DNA of 63,750 bases, filler included, from Octopus bimaculoides (lineage: Eukaryota), in assembly GCF_001194135.2 (NCBI RefSeq). It is 7 parts of 7 records of this genome, joined end to end, with 100 filler letters (N's around TTAATTAATTAA, not from the genome) between each part and the next. Parts side by side here need not be neighbours in the genome. Positions count along the whole stretch, not along the records: positions 10,460 to 30,916 come from NC_069008.1; positions 31,017 to 52,689 come from NC_068987.1; 5 more parts are not named here. The stretch is one strand, 5' to 3'. Position 1 is the first letter of the stretch. Each line of letters begins with the position of its first letter. A program made the position numbers and the translations under genes. The notes beneath the pieces are model-generated. The model ran no database searches. It saw only the letters and a list, made by a program, of their open reading frames with translations, and was not told the origin of the DNA. Below are positions 26,402 through 37,187 of this stretch, in pieces.

Positions 26402-26612
26402 CCTTTCTGCTATAGGTAACAAGGCCTGAAATTTGAGGGGAAGGGACTAGTTGATTACATTGACCCCAGTATGCAACTGGTACTTAGTTTATTGACTCCG
26501 AAAGGATGAAGGGCAAAGGCGACCTCGGTGGAATTTAAACTCAGAACGTAGCAGCAGGCGAAATACTGTTAAGCATTTTGACCAGTGTGCTGACGACACT
26601 GCCAGCTTGTAT
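26402..26612 (-). mobile_element. SINE family B
   Basis: Full family B body between (TAA)n tracts. Confidence 0.85.
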
Positions 26613-26613
26613 G

Positions 26614-26647
<34 letters not shown>

Positions 26648-27071
26648 TGAAATAATAATAATAATAATAATTGAAATAATAATAATAATAATAATTGAAT
26701 TTCAGCTATATATTGGTAGAAACTGGGTTTTGGTTTTAACACCCTATGCATAAAGAAAACAGTAAAATAAAATAGGAAGAATGTATTTCTGTTAGGTTTT
26801 GGTGGGGTATGAGGATGGCATGTGGGAAGAATTCTTGCAAACGGTTCCTCCTGATTGGTTGACGACTTTCACAGTTGCTGTAAAAGACCATGTGACCACA
26901 TCAAAGAATTGCTAACATCATAAGAAGAAGAATTAATTATATATATTTAAGTCATTTTTCATTGCTTAAGTAAGGATTAGAGACTGCAAAAATAACAGTG
27001 AATTGGATATGGATGTGTATTTAATACCTGTGTGTGTACGTGTGTATATGTATATATTTTTGTGTGTGTGA

Positions 27072-27111
<40 letters not shown>

Positions 27112-27176
27112 GCATTCATATATATATAGAGAGAGAGAAAGAGAGAGATGTAGGTACAGGCTTGTGTGTATATACT

Positions 27177-27209
<33 letters not shown>

Positions 27210-27744
27210 ATATATGTGTGTGTATGTATATATATATATATATATCCCTCCCTCTTTCGACTCTCTCTCCCTCTTTCGACTCTCTCTCCCTCTTTCGACT
27301 CTCTCTCTCTCCCTCTTTCGATTACCTCTCCCTTCGCCAGGACTATAAACTAACACACACACCCTGATTCCCCCACTCAATCTTAGAACCTCTGCTGAAG
27401 AAATACAAATCTCAGAATGATATCCAGATAAGAAGTTTTTCTGTCTTTTCAACCTCACTCATACCCTTCTATTTATGCCCTGATTCATAACCCCTCACTT
27501 ACTTCTTTCACTATTCTCAGTTATTCAAGTTTATCGCACAATCACTTATTTCTCTAATTCTGTCTTAGATTAACTGACCGAAAACTCTCAGATTTTTTCA
27601 ATTCTATATTACTGTTTATCAACATTTGCTGTCTTGTTAAGCTATGCTACACAAATCCCAAAAGAATATTTTGTCTCCCTCGTATTCTGACCACTTGTCA
27701 GCCCAAGTGAGACCATAGTCAAGGCCAATGCCGGTTTCAGACTA

Positions 27745-27923
27745 TTGGTGCCCCTGCCAGTGGCACACAAAAGACACCAGCTACACTCTGGGAGTGGTTG
27801 GCATCAGGAAGGGCACCCAGCCATAGAAACCTTGCCACTTCAGATTGGAACCTGGCTTACCAGTTTTCAGTCAAACCTTCAATACCAGCATAGAAAGTGG
27901 CCTTTAAATAATGATGATGATGA

Positions 27924-27925
<2 letters not shown>
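27745..27925. mobile_element. SINE family C copy
   Basis: gggagtggttggcatcaggaagggcacccagccatagaaac..gcatagaaagtggcctttaaataatgatgatgat. Confidence 0.7.
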
Positions 27926-27970
<45 letters not shown>

Positions 27971-28116
27971 CATTTATAAATGTAAGGGCAAACAGTCTAG
28001 CCTGCCAGCCTTGGCTATGTCAAGATGGATTTTTATGCATTCTTCTTCCCACTTGGATTTTAAATGTTGCCACAATTATAATATGTCTATTCTACTGTAA
28101 TTTTTCTACATTTCTG

Positions 28117-28204
28117 TGCAGCTGAAGATTGCTCTACATTTTGCATTTAATGTGATGCTCACATCACTTAAATAAATGGAGTAGCATGAAACGTGCGTAC
28201 TGCA
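28117..28204 (+). ncRNA. Type I hammerhead ribozyme motif (near-intact)
   Basis: Stem I tgcag(28117-21)/ctgca(28200-04); CTGAAGA 28122-28; long stem II (tgct/agca, ct/ag, cattt/aaatg, inner gtgatg-ctca-catcac); GAAA 28188-91; minimal stem III AC-gtgc-GT; GUA cleavage triplet 28197-99. Confidence 0.7.
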
Positions 28205-28230
28205 GTCTTCTTTAAAATCCATGTTGCCTT

Positions 28231-28271
<41 letters not shown>

Positions 28272-29120
28272 GTGTGTGTATATAGAGCTTTCAGTCTGCT
28301 GTTTACCTTCTAATGTAGAACACATCTCTATAGCATTCATAGACTTTATACAGAAGTAGAGTAAACTGCTCTGGGTGTAGAGTAGGACAGTGCCTGCCTC
28401 ACTGCATTATGCAGCTTCAGATTGTACACCATTGGGTGGAATGGTGTGGCGATGTGTGTTAATGTGTGCCGTGGAGCGGTGCTGTGGCTTAATGTGGAGT
28501 AATGTGTTGTTTCATGGCACCTTAAATTGGTTGTGATGTTTCATGTAACACAGAACTGTATTCAGTGGCGCCTGCTGGTGTATGCTGATATAACTAAGCA
28601 ATGGAAGGGAGATAACAACATCTCCCATCGCCCACCAACACCAATTCCGGTAAATTCTTTTCTTCTTGGGGTTTTTTTGTTATTATTTTCCACACCATTC
28701 ACAAGTTTATCTACTTCTTAGCTTTCATTGATCGTTCAACACTCACGCACACACATACAATCATAAATATGTGCATGTGTGTGTGTATATATAATATATA
28801 TATGTGTGTGAAGACATATATGATTATGTACACATGTATGCACTTGTTTATGTGTACATGTATGCATGTACTTATATATATGCTTGTGTTATATTATGTC
28901 TGTGTACATATACACACACATATATATATGTATATATAGGTATATGTATATAGTTGTGTGTGTGTATATATATATATATATATAGGTGTGTGTGTGTGTG
29001 TATATGATTATATATATGTATATATACACATACTTCTTTGTATGTGTATCCACGTTTGCTGCTGTTTGTCTGTGTATTATATATATATTCCCATACACAA
29101 ATATATATATGCATGTCTAC

Positions 29121-29156
<36 letters not shown>

Positions 29157-29612
29157 ATGCATACATATCTATGTGCATATGTATGTATTTATATATATAT
29201 ATATATATATATANNNNNNNNNNNNNNNNNNNNNNNNNNNNNNNNNNNNNNNNNNNNNNNNNNNNNNNNNNNNNNNNNNNNNNNNNNNNNNNNNNNNNNN
29301 NNNNNNNNNNNNNNNNNNNNNNNNNNNNNNNNNNNNNNNNNNNNNNNNNNNNNNNNNNNNNNNNNNNNNNNNNNNNNNNNNNNNNNNNNNNNNNNNNNNN
29401 NNNNNNNNNNNNNNNNNNNNNNNNNNNNNNNNNNNNNNNNNNNNNNNNNNNNNNNNNNNNNNNNNNNNNNNNNNNNNNNNNNNNNNNNNNNNNNNNNNNN
29501 NNNNNNNNNNNNNNNNNNNNNNNNNNNNNNNNNNNNNNNNNNNNNNNNNNNNNNNNNNNNNNNNNNNNNNNNNNNNNNNNNNNNNNNNNNNNNNNNNNNN
29601 NNNNNNNNNNNN

Positions 29613-29661
<49 letters not shown>

Positions 29662-30177
29662 CGCACATATGCACACAGACATGCACAAACAAACGCACAT
29701 AGAAATCCTTTACATGCACTACAAACGTATGTGTCTGGCCCTCTGAAATTCACTGATAAGTTTCTTTTTGTTGAAAAACAGAAAAGAACTGCCACCACCA
29801 CCACCACCACCACCCATACAACACTTTCCAGACAACTCATGTAGAGATATTAAGAGCTCTCTCTATTAAACATTTCCTCCAACTACAACAATGTAGAATA
29901 GAAAACAAACCGGAAGTAACACCATTATCTCGGCCATTAAACCTTCTGGCAGTTGTTGGGAAATAGCAGCCAAATCTCCCTCAAACCACACCCTGTGGCC
30001 AAATGTATGCATTTATTTATGTATAAGCCATTGAGGGAGATTTCTATATGGTAACTAGACCTGTTAGAAGTAACAGCTAAATATTCTTAAACCATATTCT
30101 ACTGTTTTATCTATGTGTGTATATCTATCTATCTATCTATATATACATACATACATACATATATATATGTACGTATG

Positions 30178-30242
<65 letters not shown>

Positions 30243-30252
30243 NNNNNNNNNN

Positions 30253-30304
<52 letters not shown>

Positions 30305-30319
30305 AGTGACAAGAGGCTT

Positions 30320-30525
30320 GCTCCTTGATCACATGGTTCTGGGTTCGCTTGACAACCGATGCTGGTATGTTTGTATCCCCATAACTTAGTGGTCCATCAA
30401 AAGAGAGCGATGGAATAATTACCAGGCTTACAAAGAATAAGACTTGGGGTCACTTTCTTTGACTAAAACCCTTTAAGGCAGTGCTTCAGCATGGCCGCAA
30501 TGAAATGACTGAAACAAATAAAAGA
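30320..30525 (+). mobile_element. SINE family A (short head fragment + 3' half)
   Basis: cttgacaaccgatgctggtatgtttg..cagcatggccgcaatgaaatgactgaaac. Confidence 0.75.
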
Positions 30526-30560
30526 ATATATATATACATATATACACACACACATATTTG

Positions 30561-30603
<43 letters not shown>

Positions 30604-30606
<3 letters not shown>

Positions 30607-30916
30607 TAGGTTGTCGAGAAAGTTCTTGTGGTTTTTAACCTTTAAATTCATACGCACATATTTATAATTATTTCCTGAAAGCTATATCAACGTGTCCCAG
30701 CCTTTTCACTACCAAAGACTCCTTTTATTTAAATGAGTTTTCCCACCAACCCCTTTTATTACGTTGTCGTGAAAGTTCTTGTGACTTTTAACCTTTAAAT
30801 TCAGATGCACATATCTCGGCTCAAACAAAACTTTGTTAATCGAAATAAACACCATCAGAATCAACACACTTTTGCCGACGCGAAACAAGTTTTTTTTATG
30901 CCAGTAGAATAAAAAT
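30604..30916 (-). mobile_element. Mariner 3' end with tandemly duplicated TIR region
   Basis: Minus strand FYSTGIKK(L)VSRRQKCVDSDGVYFD* is a mariner transposase C-terminus; attaggttgtcgagaaagttcttgtg..aacctttaaattca at ~30606 repeated at ~30759. Confidence 0.8.
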
Positions 30917-31016
30917 NNNNNNNNNNNNNNNNNNNNNNNNNNNNNNNNNNNNNNNNNNNNTTAATTAATTAANNNNNNNNNNNNNNNNNNNNNNNNNNNN
31001 NNNNNNNNNNNNNNNN

Positions 31017-31327
31017 GACTGGCCTTCGTAGGATTTTCGAGCGAGATCGTTGCCAGTGCCCCTGGACTGGCTCTTGTGCGGGTGGCACATAAAAGACACC
31101 ATTTCGAGCGTGGCCGTTGGCAGTACCGCCTGACTGGCCTTCGTGCGGGTGACATGTAAAAGCACCCACTACACTCTCTGAGTGGTTGGCATTAGGAAGG
31201 GCATCCAGCTGTAGAAACTCTGCCCAATTAGATTGGAGCCTGGTGTTGCCATCCGGTTTCACCAGTCCTCAGTCAAATCGTCCAACCCATGCTAGCATGG
31301 AAAGTGGACGTTAAACGATGATGATGA
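31017..31327. mobile_element. SINE family C, young copy with internal tandem repeats
   Basis: gagtggttggcattaggaagggcatccagctgtagaaac..gtggacgttaaacgatgatgat. Confidence 0.85.
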
Positions 31328-31734
31328 TATATAATATATATATATATAACATATATATCTATAACATATATATAAGCACTTTACCTTTATAACATATATA
31401 TATATATTATCATTATCATTTTTACATCTACTTTCTCCATGTTGCATGGGTTAGCTGAGACTTCTTAAGGTAGAATTATTTTAAAGCTGATTGCTATTCT
31501 TGATGCCAACATTTACTTGTTTTCATGTGAGGTATTTTATTGTACATCATGTATTGAACTGCCAAGTTGCCAAACTTTTGTTAACATGGACCATAAACAT
31601 CATTGCAGCCCAGTTCATGTCAGTGTAAAGATAAGGTACATGGAGTGTATGCACATGCACTCACAGACACACATGCACACACCTATGCCTACACACACAT
31701 GCAGACAGTTGTATGTATGTGTGTGTGTGTGAAA

Positions 31735-31990
31735 TTACATGACCTAGTGGTTAGGCTGTTGCATTCACAATGACTAGATTGTGGGTTGAATTTCTAGATA
31801 GGGCAGCACATTGTGGTTTTGAACAAAGCACTTCATTTCATGTTGCTCCAGTCTCACTTTCCACCTGGGAGGAATGTTGGCTTGCTTGCTAGCTGGCAGG
31901 GTGGGATTATTTAAAGGCTAAAATGATGCAAAGCCGATTGTGGCCAGTGATTTGTGACAATATCTGATAGTCTAATCAGTTACATGGTCA
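31735..31990 (+). mobile_element. Diverged tRNA-headed SINE (fourth family)
   Basis: A-box-like tgacctagtggttagg and B-box-like gggttgaatt, followed by gaacaaagcacttcatttcatgttgctccagtc. Confidence 0.45.
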
Positions 31991-32235
31991 CATGGATATA
32001 TGTGCGTAAATATATCCATATATATACATATACATATGTGTGTGTATATATATATCCATACATATATATTCATACAGACATCAGATGAGGAGACTGGATA
32101 GAAACTGATGAACCTAATGTTCAGATACAAGCTGGAACCGACAATCTATACATATATCCATACATATATATTCATACATATATATATCCATACGTATTTC
32201 CATACATATGTGTGCGTATATATATATATATAAAT

Positions 32236-32426
32236 CATCATCATCATCATCATCGTTTAACGTCCGCTTTCCATGCTAGCATGGGTTGGACGATTTGACT
32301 GAGGACTGGTGAAACCGGATGGCAACACCAGGCTCCAGTCTGATTTGGCAGAGTTTCTACAGCTGGATGCCCTTCCTAACGCCAACCACTCAGAGAGTGT
32401 AGTGGGTGCTTTTACGTGTCACCCGC
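32236..32426. mobile_element. SINE family C, young copy inverted relative to 31017-31327
   Basis: catcatcgtttaacgtccgctttccatgctagcatgggttggacg..ttttacgtgtcacccgc. Confidence 0.85.
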
Positions 32427-32724
32427 NNNNNNNNNNNNNNNNNNNNNNNNNNNNNNNNNNNNNNNNNNNNNNNNNNNNNNNNNNNNNNNNNNNNNNNNNN
32501 NNNNNNNNNNNNNNNNNNNNNNNNNNNNNNNNNNNNNNNNNNNNNNTATATATATATCCATATGTATATCGATATACATGTGTGTGTGTATGCATGTGTG
32601 CAAGCATATATCCATATATATATCCATATACATGTGTGCACACATGCATACATAATAATCCTATGGAATCAAATAAGAAATTATCTTGTTCACTAAAAAC
32701 CATAATTTCTTCAAGTTTCGTCAG

Positions 32725-32944
32725 CCTTTTAGCATTTAAACTAGCTGTATGTGACCCGAATATTCTACCTATTTTATGATCAAACCAGCCAGATTCGACC
32801 TCTCACACCTACCCTACAAAGTCATTCTAAAAATAAACAATTAAATCATCAAAATCTTAGAACTATGAGATAATGCATTATTAACTCAAAATAATGTGAA
32901 TAAATAAGCATTATATTTGACAGAGTAATCTGAACACTTAAAGG
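32725..32944. mobile_element. piggyBac-type TTAA MITE
   Basis: ccttttagcatttaaac..aatctgaacacttaaagg|ttaa. Confidence 0.7.
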
Positions 32945-33789
32945 TTAAGAAGCAACTGAAATTACAGTTCTGCAAAACATATTTTTGCAAAAATGTTAAT
33001 ATTTTCGGCGGTGGGGGGGTGTACTTTTACTGTCTCTCCCAACTCATTTCCATAATTTTCTAGTTTCATATCTATGTTTTAAACTTTTGAAATTACAATT
33101 CTGTAAAAAAAAAGACAAATTTCAAACTTTCAAATTTTTTTTCCCCGTAAGCCCCCATGGTGTTTTCATTTTTTTATTTCTTTTAATATTTCTTTATCAT
33201 TTTTATGTTTTTTTAAACATCTGGGATTATGGAAAGAAAAAAAATATATAAAAGAAAGAGGTCAAGTGGGCAAAAAATTTAAGAGAATTTTAATCATAGA
33301 TAATCTGAAAAGCTTTCAGGAAAAAATGCCAGAAATTATAAATTGCAGAATTCCAGGCAGGGACGGGGACAAAAAAATGCAAAAACACTCCAAAAACAAA
33401 AAGACAAAGAAATTATGATTTTTGGTGAATGAGATAATTTCATTCTCTATTCTATAGGATTGTGTGTGTACGCATGCATGCATGCGTGTGTGTGTCTTGT
33501 GGAAGTTAACTCATGACTAAGTAAGGCCACTTCCTAGACTTATTTGACTCTATGAAAAGTTACAGTTTTGGTCTCCTCATCACTGATAATATCTCTTATA
33601 GATCCTAAGGTCAACAAAGTGCTTAGGTAAAGGTTACCTCCTCGAGTCATGCCATCCTCAAAGTATGTACAAGTCATTCAATACCAACCACAAGTCAGCC
33701 CCCAGCATCAGTCCGACCATTTAGATGTTGCCACCTACAATGTTAAGTGAGTCCTCTGGCTGACTCACACACTCTGCTATATAAGGTAC

Positions 33790-34400
33790 ACAAGAGGTTA
33801 TGCTAGATATTCTATTAATAGATGGTGGGTACCTCCATGACCACACTTGTAGCTGTGTAGGCCTGTCTTTGAAAAGCAGATGCGACTACATTGATCAGAC
33901 AAAAGGGACTCTTTTGTTCTCTTCTCAGGAAGTGGGTTCACATCTTCCATATATTTACCAGCATGTTTCAACCCAGTGAATTCTGTAACATCAGAAGCAG
34001 TCAGATTCCTTCTGATGCAAGATCTTCTCAAGTGTTAGTATAGTTATTGATCTTTCTAAATGAATCTTTAAGATTGTCTTTGAAATACTTGCTCGACTTG
34101 CACTGGGGACATTTTCCTTTCTACAGTTTACCAGACAACACCTGTTTTGGCTTGCAGATGTCCTATAAATGGGCAAAATGAACCAGACCATTTAAGGTGG
34201 TGTTTTGTAATCATGGACTCAGCACTCATTACTTTCACAAGCTACAGTACTCTTGTATAAGGTACATGAGATCATCATGTGATCTTCAGGGTATTGCACA
34301 AGCATTGCTGGTGGAATCGCTGGAGACATTGGATATGCTTGCAGTGGGTTATTCAGGTCTCACATCCATACAACACTGTTAAGACACATGCATGATAGAA
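33790..34400 (-). mobile_element. Degenerate RTE-clade LINE 3' region
   Basis: Minus-strand remnants KPKQVLSGKL*KGKCPQCKSSKYFKDNLKIHL (cf. RLPKQxLxGELxxGxRxxGRPxKRxKDxLK) and CSRICFSKTGLHS (C2H2-like finger); many stops. Confidence 0.75.
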
Positions 34401-34555
34401 TTCAATTCTCATTGCTTCTAGGATGTCTGACTGCAACAAGAACCTCAATTCATGTTTTCCAAAAGCCTGAAAGGATGAAAGACAAAGTCAACCTCGGTGG
34501 AATTTGAATTCAGATCATAAAGACAGATGAAATGCCACTGAGCATTTTGTCCTGG

Positions 34556-34725
34556 GTCACACATTTTGTTACTTCTTCAGTGACTATCTGTTTGTGTCTC
34601 CTCTACTCTCTGGTTTTGTCCTGTCTATTCCAATTTGTTCTTCAGTGGGATGGACAGGACAAGATCAGACAGAAGAGAAGACACAAAGAACAGATAGTCA
34701 TTGAAGAGGTCACAGAATGTATGAT
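34556..34725. repeat. Long imperfect hairpin (~78-bp arms, 13-nt loop) carrying degenerate HHR cores
   Basis: 34556-34632 is reverse-complementary to 34646-34725; right arm continues gtca-TTGAAGA-ggtcac..-GAAA-g-aa-c-TC-tgac. Confidence 0.8.
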
Positions 34726-34883
34726 GAAAGAACTCTGACAAATAAAATAGTAATAATAATAATGTTAAAGTGAAGATCAAATAAATAGTGCATGTTTTTA
34801 GTGACAAAATTATTGTTCCTTAACAATATCTGTTTCAACACATGATTTCATGTCAAGAACTTTGCAAAATAAATACATAAACA

Positions 34884-35275
34884 GGCGTGGCTGTGTGGTA
34901 AGACGCTTGTTTCACAACCACAGTTCTGGGTTCAGTCCTACTGCATGGTATCTTGGGCAAGTGTCTTCTACTATAGCCTCAGGCCGACGAAAGCCTTGTG
35001 AGTAGATTTGGTAGATGGAAACTGAAAAAAGCCCATCATGTGTGTATGTGTGTGCGCGTGTGCACACATGTGTGTGTCTGTTTGTCCCCCAGCCATCACC
35101 TGACAACCAATGCTGGTGTGTTTATGTTACCCCATAACTTAACAGTTCAGCAAAAGAAACCAATAGAACAAGTACTAGGCTTACAAAGAATAAGTCCTGG
35201 GATCAATTTCTTCTAAAAATCCTTTAAGGTGGGTCTCAAGCATGGCTGCAGTCAAATGACTAAAATAAAAGAATA
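34884..35275 (+). mobile_element. SINE family A, full length
   Basis: caggcgtggctgtgtggtaag..gtcaaatgactaaaataaaagaata. Confidence 0.85.
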
Positions 35276-36569
35276 TAAAAATTTTATTACTTTTAACTTG
35301 TTTCTTTTTTTGTACATCATGTATATTTTGTAATTATATTTTGTCACTCTTGTCATCGTGTTGTTATATGTTGTAAGTATGTTATGTATTGTAAATATGT
35401 TGGCATGTATATTACATATGTTGGTATGTTTGCATACTATGTTACCAATGTTGGCATATATTGCATTTATGTCACTTAAGTATTGTCATGTATGCTGTCA
35501 CATTGTTGTTGTTGTAGTTATTCTATTCATGACTGTGTCATCCATTCTTTCAAACACTGTGTCTTGGACAACATTATGCAGTATTTACTTCCTCTCTTAA
35601 AATGATAGAGGATGAGTTAAAGATGATTTGGCTATTATTTCTAGTGGGTCTAATCATTATGTTGAAGCTCACTATTTTGACACATAATATATGAATTTCC
35701 GTGTATATATTGTCAAATCTATCTTCACATTGTAAATTAAACAAATCTACTCACTATTATTTATTCATTTCTCATCCTAGTCACTTATTCACTAATCTCC
35801 ACAGTGCCACATTCGAGTTAATTTTTTTTTCAGTATAAGGTTTTACTTTAAATCCATAATTATTCCTTCATTTTCTTACTTACTTTTTTGAATCCTTAAA
35901 TTTGGTATTTAACAAAAATTACAGAAAACTAAGGGGAGAAAGCATGGTAGTATAACTCCAACAGCTGTTTCTGGGGGCTCAGAATTTTGTAATAGTTGTA
36001 ATTTTCATAATTGGCTGATGGAGTGTGCAAAAAGTCTCTGGATTTCACCTGTTGACTGTAAATATATATACATATATCCAAACTGATAGAGTGGAATGGG
36101 TAGAATGCAGGTTATACATGTTTCTTAGCTAGCTGATCCTTTGATGTAATAATTACTCAACAAGAGGTGCTCAAAACTTAACTAATCATTAGGCTGAGAT
36201 TACTTTAATTAAATGAAGGTTACAGTGTTGCTTGGAATTTCTGAGTTAACTCACCACAGAAGTGAACTGAAATGTTCATTGTTTGATAGACTTGAGAACA
36301 TGTGGGGGTTGGTGCCAGCATTGGCATTCTGCCATAGATTTCTGCTCCAATGTAGTTTCGTCTGACTCCATGGAAGCATGCAAAAGTGGACGTTAGAATG
36401 ATGATGATGATTATAATGGTGGGGGAGGTGGGGTGANNNNNNNNNNNNNNNNNNNNNNNNNNNNNNNNNNNNNNNNNNNNNNNNNNNNNNNNNNNNNNNN
36501 NNNNNNNNNNNNNNNNNNNNNNNNNNNNNNNNNNNNNNNNNNNNNNNNNNNNNNNNNNNNNNNNNNNNN

Positions 36570-36782
36570 GTGAGGTGGAGAAGGAGCAGTGGAGGAGGAC
36601 AGTGAGAAGCAGGAGAGGAGGAGGAGGACAGTGAGGAGCAGGGGAGGAGGAAGACAGTGGAGGAGGACAGTGAGGAGCTGGGGAGGAGGAGGAGGAGGAT
36701 AGTGGAGGAGGACAGTGGAGGAGGACAGTGGAGGAGGACAGTGGAGGAGGACAGTGAGGAGCAGGAGAGGAGGAGGAGGATC
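36570..36782. repeat. Purine-rich minisatellite (ggaggacagtg/ggagga units)
   Basis: Direct reading. Confidence 0.85.
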
Positions 36783-36947
36783 ACTCTTTTAAATAAAGAA
36801 TATTACTTAACCAACAAAATAAAGAATATTACTTAACAGCCAACATAATTCTAAAACTGGGTTTGGGGATTAGCTTGTTGCACACATTCTTAGTGATAAT
36901 ACCTGCTACTTCCTTCTTTTGATCGACTATTTTATCTAAGATTTTAA

Positions 36948-37187
36948 CGCTTTACCATTCAGATTACTCTGTCAAATGTAATGCTTATTTATTCGCATTT
37001 TTCTGAATTAGGATTAGGGTTTGAATTAATCATGCATTATCTTTGTAGTTTTGAAATTCTGATGATGGAACTGTTTATTTTTAGAATGACAGGTTAGGGG
37101 TAGGTATGAGAGGTCAGATCTGGCTGGTTTGAACATAAAACAGGTAGAATATTTGGGCTGGATATTGCCAGTTTAAATTCTAAAGGG
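36948..37187. mobile_element. piggyBac-type TTAA MITE
   Basis: ttaa|cgctttaccattc ... ttctaaaggg|ttaa. Confidence 0.75.

Noticed and set aside
28300-28600. Candidate TARP upstream exon (donor gaag|gtaaac at ~28306)
   Set aside because: All three minus frames contain stops, and there is no TM1 or GLW motif.
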